From a virus, in IMG/VR virus record IMGVR_UViG_3300047311_000323, positions 96,001 to 160,000 of that record: a stretch of 64,000 nt of DNA; one strand, 5' to 3'. A program made the position numbers and the translations under genes. Below the pieces are notes generated by a model. It did not search any database, was not told where the DNA came from, and saw only the letters and a list, made by a program, of their open reading frames with translations. Shown here piece by piece: positions 50,605 to 56,041 of this stretch (position 1 is the first letter of the stretch; each line of letters opens with the position of its first letter).

Positions 50605-50783
50605 TCAGATTTGCTCAATCGGTAAATAAGCGAAAACATTTCGTTTTGCAAGGATTCAGTAGAAACAGGGGTACCATCATCGTTAGCCAATTTGGTCATA
50701 CCGGTTTTGTGCCTGTTATCTAATTCTGCACGAATTTCTCGTACACGAGTCGTCATTTCTGTTCTAGTCATAAACTGGGTCAT
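50601..50783 (-). CDS. small hypothetical protein
   Basis: ORF directly downstream of a TGATATATA motif. Confidence 0.55.
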   Translation of the reverse strand: MTQFMTRTEMTTRVREIRAELDNRHKTGMTKLANDDGTPVSTESLQNEMFSLIYRLSKSE

Positions 50784-50789
50784 ACTGAC

Positions 50790-50798
50790 TATATATCA
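50790..50798 (-). promoter_or_regulatory. TGATATATA recurrent motif
   Basis: Exact copy 6 nt before ATG 50783. Confidence 0.45.
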
Positions 50799-50813
50799 TT
50801 TTAGTAGTTTTAG

Positions 50814-50887
50814 TGCGCCGTGTGGGATTTGAACCCACGACCGTTCGTTTTAGAGGCGACCGCTCTGCCAGGCTGAGCTAACGGCGC
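50814..50887 (-). tRNA. amber suppressor tRNA (anticodon CTA) no. 1
   Basis: Perfect 7-bp acceptor GCGCCGT/ACGGCGC, D-arm GCTC..GAGC, anticodon loop CT-CTA-AA, T-arm GTGGG-TTCAAAT-CCCAC; A73; CCA not encoded; anticodon stem has only 3 Watson-Crick pairs. Confidence 0.8.
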
Positions 50888-50897
50888 ATTGAGTGCA

Positions 50898-51047
50898 TTA
50901 CTGCTTATTTGCTGAGTCTACTTGTATTACAGCTTTAGTAGCAGTTTCGCGCCCGTTCTTTTCGCGCCATTCATCAAGAAGGCGCCAGCTCACTCCTAAG
51001 ATTGTACCACCCACCAACGACAATAACATAAATTCAACTAGCCACAT
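50898..51047 (-). CDS. small membrane protein (49 aa)
   Basis: Hand-translated MWLVEFMLLSLVGGTILGVSWRLLDEWREK...; hydrophobic N-terminus; below track cutoff. Confidence 0.5.
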   Translation of the reverse strand: MWLVEFMLLSLVGGTILGVSWRLLDEWREKNGRETATKAVIQVDSANKQ

Positions 51048-51054
51048 GATTACC

Positions 51055-52065
51055 TCAACTTAATGCCATCATCCTATCAATGGATATTCTGGCTTGGTTC
51101 ATTAATTCTTCTGACATATTGATCTGCGGTGTCAGGTCTCTCAAAGAGAGATATACCTTCTCCAAGGTATTCTTCTTCATGAACGGACACTCGTTGCACG
51201 CACAACTTGCTTCAGGCGGTGCAGGAATGAAAATCTTATCTGGAGCGGCCTTCTGCATTTGATGCAAAATACCTGCTTCTGTTGCTACAATGAATTCTTT
51301 GTTTGGACTGCTGACAGCATATTTGAGAATGCCAGTCGTCGATCCAATGAAGTCTGCCATCTTCAAGATAGGTTCTTCACATTCGGGGTGAGCCAAAACT
51401 AGTGCATTAGGATTACGAGTCTTGATACCAATCAGTTTGCGCTCACTGAATGTCTCATGAACGATGCAGGCTCCTTGCCACATGATCATAGGGATGCCAG
51501 TTTTCTTCATGATATAGTTGCCAAGATTTCTATCTGGAGCAAAGAGAATCTCCTTGCCAGACTTGGCAGCTTCACGAACAATCTTTTCTGCATTGGATGA
51601 CGTACAAATGTAATCTGACAATGCTTTGACTTCAGCCGAACAGTTGATGTAACTGACTACCACTGAATTGGGGTGCATGCTCTTCCAAGCGGCGAATTTA
51701 TCAGCAGGGCAACCATCTGCCAGAGAACAACCAGCTTCCAAGTCAGGAAGGACTACAGTTTTCTGAGGGGAGAGGATCTTGGCTGTCTCAGCCATAAAGT
51801 GCACGCCAGCAAAACAGATAACATCAGCATTAGTCTTTGCAGCTTCTTGGGAGAGTTGTAAGGAATCTCCGATGAAGTCAGCAACATCTTGAATTTCAGA
51901 ATCCTGATAGTAGTGGGCCAAGATAACGGCATTGCGTTCTTTTTTGAGGAAAGCAATTCTCTCTTCAATGTCGAAGATCGATAGTCCGTCATACGTGCCA
52001 TCAGCCTGGGCCTTACGTTTCGCTTCTTTGAATTCACTTGCTGAGAAAATAGGTAGTTTATTCAT
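51055..52065 (-). CDS. nadA: quinolinate synthase NadA
   Basis: [50 protein letters not shown] and C.CNECPFMK. Confidence 0.96.
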   Translation of the reverse strand: MNKLPIFSASEFKEAKRKAQADGTYDGLSIFDIEERIAFLKKERNAVILAHYYQDSEIQDVADFIGDSLQLSQEAAKTNADVICFAGVHFMAETAKILSPQKTVVLPDLEAGCSLADGCPADKFAAWKSMHPNSVVVSYINCSAEVKALSDYICTSSNAEKIVREAAKSGKEILFAPDRNLGNYIMKKTGIPMIMWQGACIVHETFSERKLIGIKTRNPNALVLAHPECEEPILKMADFIGSTTGILKYAVSSPNKEFIVATEAGILHQMQKAAPDKIFIPAPPEASCACNECPFMKKNTLEKVYLSLRDLTPQINMSEELMNQARISIDRMMALS

Positions 52066-52231
52066 TGTACTTTTCCAAAAAGTGTTGCACAGCCAAACTC
52101 AAATCATCTTCTGATTTGTTGTAGTTTTCGTTGGATACATGTGCGCCATCACTCCAGGCAGCGTAAAGATACCCAGCATCATATGCCTGCTTAATGAGTT
52201 TCTCGAAATCTTCTTTAAAATCTTGTTTCAT
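52058..52231 (-). CDS. small hypothetical protein (57 aa)
   Basis: Hand-translated [23 protein letters not shown]...; overlaps the nadA start. Confidence 0.45.
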   Translation of the reverse strand: MKQDFKEDFEKLIKQAYDAGYLYAAWSDGAHVSNENYNKSEDDLSLAVQHFLEKYNE

Positions 52232-52305
52232 TGGCTCCCGCAGAGGGGCTCGAACCCCCTTCTTCCGTTTTAGAGACGGCGCTCTACCAGTTGAGCTATG
52301 CGAGA
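52232..52305 (-). tRNA. amber suppressor tRNA (anticodon CTA) no. 2
   Basis: Acceptor TCTCGCA/TGCGGGA, G73, encoded CCA; anticodon arm CCGT-CTCTAAA-ACGG; T-loop TTCGAGC. Confidence 0.88.
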
Positions 52306-52309
52306 ATAG

Positions 52310-52430
52310 GGCCCCAGGGTTGGATTCGCACCACCCTCCGTTCGGTTAAATACCGACTGCTCCTTCATAACCTTACTTTCTTTCCCACCACGTTCGTGGG
52401 CGCTTTCGGGTTTTACTGAGCTACCGGGGC
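52310..52430 (-). ncRNA. tRNA-like RNA with a roughly 45-50 nt structured insertion in the D-loop
   Basis: Acceptor GCCCCGG/CTGGGGC, D-stem GCTC/GAGC around a 55-nt loop, anticodon-like arm GTCGG-TATTTAA-CCGAA, T-like loop TGCGAAT. Confidence 0.6.
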
Positions 52431-52437
52431 ATATCTG

Positions 52438-52761
52438 TTATTCTAAGGTTGAAATAATGTCGGCAGGCCCTTTATATTTTGGATTCCATCGATATTTACC
52501 AACGGCTTCCTTATTATCATTTGGAGATTCGTACTCTAATGCTCCGATAGCAACCAAAGAGTTCAAAAGCGCAAACAATGTATCACCCAATGGATTTGGT
52601 TCTCGTATGGTGCTTTTGGCACCATGCCAAGTATCATGATCAAAAGGTGCGCCATACTCCGGCCAAAACCCCAAAGTTGCTCCTAGTTCATAGGCGGCTG
52701 CATCCCAATAGACCCAGCCAGCTAAGCGTTCTTGAAGTGATGCAATACTAGTCTTTTTCAT
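52438..52761 (-). CDS. hypothetical protein
   Basis: 107-aa ORF. Confidence 0.65.
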   Translation of the reverse strand: MKKTSIASLQERLAGWVYWDAAAYELGATLGFWPEYGAPFDHDTWHGAKSTIREPNPLGDTLFALLNSLVAIGALEYESPNDNKEAVGKYRWNPKYKGPADIISTLE

Positions 52762-52919
52762 AGGTCACACGCACATGATTTGTTACAATTTGCACACTCA
52801 GAAACGAAGCACTCTTCACAGAAGTCTTCCGACTCACAAGTGTGATCTGGGCAGAAAAGCGATGGTGAATCGCAGCATGCTCCAGAACATGGGCACAAAT
52901 CATTATCCTTCTTGCTCAT
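52758..52919 (-). CDS. small Cys-rich, metallothionein-like protein (53 aa, 12 Cys)
   Basis: Hand-translated MSKKDNDLCPCSGACCDSPSLFCPDHTCESEDFCEECFVSECANCNKSCACDL; its TGA overlaps the next ATG. Confidence 0.6.
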   Translation of the reverse strand: MSKKDNDLCPCSGACCDSPSLFCPDHTCESEDFCEECFVSECANCNKSCACDL

Positions 52920-53142
52920 CGTCGTCTTCCTCGGCCCCTCTTTTCATAAGGGCATTCAATTCTTCACGTGGAATATCGGGCCAATTATCAGGTCTTCCAT
53001 CTTTAGGAAGTGGGAAAATAGCTCCAGCCTCTTTATCATGGAAAATGCAAAGCAATCCTGCTTTACCTTCATGAACATAAACGCCAGTGGGCATACCACA
53101 AAAACATTCAGGCCCACGCTCTTTATCAATCCATTGACTCAT
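52903..53142 (-). CDS. hypothetical protein with CFC...CIFH metal-binding pattern
   Basis: 79-aa ORF overlapping both neighbours. Confidence 0.6.
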   Translation of the reverse strand: MSQWIDKERGPECFCGMPTGVYVHEGKAGLLCIFHDKEAGAIFPLPKDGRPDNWPDIPREELNALMKRGAEEDDDEQEG

Positions 53143-53489
53143 TTTCCACCTCTCAAAGCTAGGGGCAATCGGCTACAAAGCTTTTTAGACTTAGGACCGG
53201 GAGCCAAAGCAATCGCCGTAATCTGATTATCAATATCAGGCTCTCTGAATACAGAAAAACTAATATCATGGAACGTAGCCTGTTTCGCTAAGTCCATCAG
53301 TTCCTGCTCATCAGTCACTGACAACAATCCAAGGTAATTGGATTGCTCAAACCACAACTTATCAATCTCCGGATGATCTGCCGTAAACTGACGCAAAGCA
53401 TGCATGCTTTGAACTGCTTGATATCCTGGTTCCAAATCTGCACGAGTAATAACATAAAGCTTGTCGCCTTCTTTAACCTATAGACACAT
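53139..53489 (-). CDS. Pth2-like peptidyl-tRNA hydrolase with in-frame TAG at codon 4 (read-through required)
   Basis: GGAGA SD then ATG TGT CTA TAG GTT AAA GAA GGC GAC AAG...; KLYVITRADL.PG.QA.Q..HA, V.DE.EL and EPD...ITAIALAP...L..LPL Pth2-type motifs. Confidence 0.75.
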
Positions 53490-54069
53490 GATTATCTCCA
53501 AATAGTTTGCGGCAAATTGCTTTACCGCGCTTGTTAATTTGACTCCACTTAATCTTGAATGATTCAGATTCAATGCCGCCAAACATCTTTGCATTGCTAT
53601 GCACCTCAGCTAGCCCGGCCAACAACAATGTCGTTGCCTCTCGGTGCTGACAAAACTCATCTACGTCTACTGCCTTCATGGTATGAATCTTCATATCATG
53701 CAGAATGAGTTTAGCAATAGTCTTATTAGAACTAATCCTCAGCCATGTCTGATAAGACATCCAAGGATGGTTAGGGAAATGTCTACGACCCCGTTCATCA
53801 ACAGTTAGACAGTAGGGCTTGCCGCAATCATGAAAGACTGCGTAACCCGCAATAATATCGTCTGGAAGCAAGGAGGCTAACAACTGCTCTCGATACTCAC
53901 TCATCCAGTCGGGTAATCTCCAACCTTCGCCTATCTGGCCGGTTTTCAAAAATGAAATCAATTCAAAAATGTGCTCTTTAACAGAGACGCCGTGTTGGTA
54001 CACGGATTGGCTATCCGTTTGGGGACAGCTTTGCATATCAGAAATTAAACGATTCTATAGGTAACTCAT
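53473..54069 (-). CDS. HD-domain phosphohydrolase with in-frame TAG at codon 5 (read-through likely)
   Basis: ATG AGT TAC CTA TAG AAT CGT TTA ATT TCT GAT ATG...; H...HDCGKP....HFPNH, like the HD domains of tRNA nucleotidyltransferases; track start 54036 is the downstream alternative. Confidence 0.72.
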
Positions 54070-54076
54070 AGTGCTT

Positions 54077-54085
54077 TATATATCC
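54077..54085 (-). promoter_or_regulatory. GGATATATA recurrent motif
   Basis: Near-exact copy 7 nt before ATG 54069. Confidence 0.45.
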
Positions 54086-54087
54086 AG

Positions 54088-54579
54088 TTATTGATTGATT
54101 ATTTCTTCTAACAAAACTCTAGAATTCATTAACTCTAGTGGTTTGTGCGTATCTAGTTCCCAAGTTACATGGTGACGTGTGCCGCCCATATAACGCTCAA
54201 AATGTAGCATTGTCGTGCCATTACCCTTATCCTTTTTTAGAACAGGGACAACAGTAGCAATCAGCTCACCTTCTGTAACTTTATATCCCACTTTGATATG
54301 TGGCAGTGGTTTGATTTCACAATAACCAAGCACACAATGAGCGCCTTCAATTAGAATAGACCAAGTCTCTAACCACCATGGACTTGGAGGATTAGCATTG
54401 GGCCCAGTGAAGTTCTCAATATGAACTACCTCACCATCCTCAATAGCCTGAATCTCTTGGCCGAAGCCACAATAGATGTCTACGCCTGGGTGGTAGTAGA
54501 AGGAACGTTTGAAAGCAAAATCGCCCACTGCTCCCTCTTCGGGAATAGCGGGCGTTTTATCTCTAAGTGGCCATTTCAT
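54088..54579 (-). CDS. M23 family metallopeptidase (possible cell-wall hydrolase)
   Basis: HPGVDI, AIEDGEV, VKVGYKV..GE.IA.V and MLHFE. Confidence 0.8.
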   Translation of the reverse strand: MKWPLRDKTPAIPEEGAVGDFAFKRSFYYHPGVDIYCGFGQEIQAIEDGEVVHIENFTGPNANPPSPWWLETWSILIEGAHCVLGYCEIKPLPHIKVGYKVTEGELIATVVPVLKKDKGNGTTMLHFERYMGGTRHHVTWELDTHKPLELMNSRVLLEEIINQ

Positions 54580-55099
54580 GTTTTGCTACTGCTTTACAAA
54601 ATTCTATTAGTTGTATGTCAGAAAATGATTGACGAGCCAGGTTTGCCATTACAGATATGAAACGCACATTTCCCTGCATATAACCTTTTGAGTTATCGAT
54701 TCTGTCAATGCTCGCGTTGTACGGACTATACTCTTTCCAGCCATCTGAATCGTACGGAAGGATTAAGTCTAATCCGGTAAATGGACACTTGCCATTTTGT
54801 GATTCCCATAAAACCTTTAGATGTTCAATGGTCAAATCACATCCATAGTTTTTATTGCGATCTCTATACTCGGCACGCAACACGAACCATCTAAATGGTG
54901 TAAACTCATCTCTTCGATTATCAGAGCGAAGATTTTCAGGATTACCTTTTCTAGGATTATCCTCGTTGTTTTTAATCGCTGCACAAGTTCGGGTACAGAA
55001 AAATTCTGTCCTGTTGCGCTTGATTTGTCGATTATATTCTCGAAGGTCTTTGGCAAAAGAATTGCCACAGCTACCACACTTTATTTTAATCGTCTTCAT
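54563..55099 (-). CDS. putative His-Me finger (HNH-like) endonuclease with N-terminal Zn finger (TAG stop, backup TAA at 54557-54559)
   Basis: CGSCG, FCTRTC, CPFTG and ASIDRIDNSKGYMQGNVRFIS. Confidence 0.65.
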   Translation of the reverse strand: MKTIKIKCGSCGNSFAKDLREYNRQIKRNRTEFFCTRTCAAIKNNEDNPRKGNPENLRSDNRRDEFTPFRWFVLRAEYRDRNKNYGCDLTIEHLKVLWESQNGKCPFTGLDLILPYDSDGWKEYSPYNASIDRIDNSKGYMQGNVRFISVMANLARQSFSDIQLIEFCKAVAKHEMAT

Positions 55100-55142
55100 A
55101 CAATCACATATAACACGTAGTGTGGAGGTGTTCGGTAATTAT

Positions 55143-55494
55143 TGGTGGAGATGCAGGGTACTGCCCCCTGGTCCGCGATATGCCCTTATCAAAACTCATT
55201 CACAAACTTAGTTGATATTAGCGTCATCAACAACGCTGCAAGAATTTGCTCCGGCTGGCTATCTACTGTTAATCTTGTTGTTGAACATCGTAGCCCTGTT
55301 CATCAACCAGCTTTGTGGGTTGGCGTTCCTTTGATTACTCAAGCAGTCTTATCTGGGAACGAATGGTGCCGTTAGGCGGCCATTGCAAATGCATTATCGT
55401 TTGCATTTATACGTCAATTGCTTTTAGAGGGGCAATCATCCTCTGTTTGCGTCATTCTGATAACTCGTTACCACGTCGAATCTATGTCATCCCC
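55143..55494 (-). ncRNA. ssrA: tmRNA, one-piece; tag peptide (A)ANDNAFAMAA
   Basis: 5' GGGGATGAC...GATTCGAC; 3' CAGGG-GGCAGTA-CCCTG-CATCTCC-A-CCA with G3-U70; tag ORF 55372-55404 GCA AAC GAT AAT GCA TTT GCA ATG GCC GCC TAA. Confidence 0.95.
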
Positions 55495-55501
55495 ATAAAT
55501 G

Positions 55502-55524
55502 AAAAATCCCACGAGGTGTGGGAT
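55502..55524 (-). terminator. hairpin plus T-tract between the tRNA-Thr cluster and tmRNA
   Basis: ATCCCAC/GTGGGAT 7-bp stem followed by TTTT on the minus strand. Confidence 0.5.
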
Positions 55525-55597
55525 GGAGCTAATGATGAGAATCGAACTCATGTAGCTGCGTTACGAGTGCAGCGTAATACCACTATACTACATTAGC
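55524..55597 (-). tRNA. tRNA-Thr(CGT)
   Basis: GCTAATG...CATTAGC-T-CCA; loop CTCGTAA. Confidence 0.9.
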
Positions 55598-55600
55598 GTG

Positions 55601-55675
55601 TGGAGCTGATTGTGGGAATTGAACCCTCATTTCCGCGTTACTAGGGCGGAGTAATAGCCGTTATACTAAATCAGC
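55601..55675 (-). tRNA. tRNA-Thr(AGT)
   Basis: GCTGATT...AATCAGC-T-CCA; loop CTAGTAA. Confidence 0.88.
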
Positions 55676-55678
55676 TTA

Positions 55679-55753
55679 TGGAGCCCAAGTCGAGAGTCGA
55701 ACTCGATTTTCGTCTTTACCAAAGACGGGTAATAACCGTTATACTACGTGGGC
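55679..55753 (-). tRNA. tRNA-Thr(GGT)
   Basis: GCCCACG...CTTGGGC-T-CCA; arm CGTCT-TTGGTAA-AGACG. Confidence 0.9.
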
Positions 55754-55762
55754 TTATCGGTT

Positions 55763-55836
55763 TGGAGCTGATGCCGAGAATCGAACTCGGTTCTCCTCGT
55801 TACAAGGGAGGAATAATACCATTATACTAAATCAGC
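55763..55836 (-). tRNA. tRNA-Thr(TGT)
   Basis: GCTGATT...CATCAGC-T-CCA; loop CTTGTAA. Confidence 0.9.
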
Positions 55837-55848
55837 TTATCGTGGTAC

Positions 55849-55878
55849 ATAATATAACCACTTATTGATAGGTGTCAA
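55849..55878 (-). promoter_or_regulatory. sigma70-like promoter for the tRNA-Thr cluster
   Basis: TTGACA (55873-55878), then 16-18 nt, then TATATT/TATTAT, about 13 nt upstream of the first tRNA. Confidence 0.55.
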
Positions 55879-56036
55879 TCCTCATAATTTTTTAAATTTG
55901 AGGTAAGGTGCCATCCGTCGCACCCACTACAATGATAAGCACGGAGGTTCCGGTCGTCAATTAATAAGATAGCCGTGTCCGCATCTTTCTCAGTATTGTA
56001 TCGTTTCTTATTGGGAAACGTAAAACACTTCTTCAT
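55875..56036 (-). CDS. small zinc-finger-like protein (53 aa)
   Basis: Hand-translated MKKCFTFPNKKRYNTEKDA...RAYHCSGCDGWHLTS...; below track cutoff. Confidence 0.6.
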   Translation of the reverse strand: MKKCFTFPNKKRYNTEKDADTAILLIDDRNLRAYHCSGCDGWHLTSNLKNYED

Positions 56037-56041
56037 TGTAG

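Noticed and set aside
50814-50887. Reading amber tRNA no. 1 as tRNA-Arg(TCT)
   Set aside because: Centering TCT destroys the anticodon stem pairing, whereas CTA gives standard spacing, U33 and A37.
52310-52430. Ochre (TTA) suppressor
   Set aside because: With standard spacing the anticodon position reads TTT and position 33 is A. TTA needs a register shift that the structure does not support.
54580-54600. In-frame TAG three codons upstream of the M23 peptidase ATG
   Set aside because: There is no upstream in-frame ATG before the next TAA, so it is not a read-through gate.
55142-55596. Plus-strand ORFs 55142-55375 and 55315-55596
   Set aside because: They are antisense to the tmRNA and tRNA-Thr(CGT) genes.
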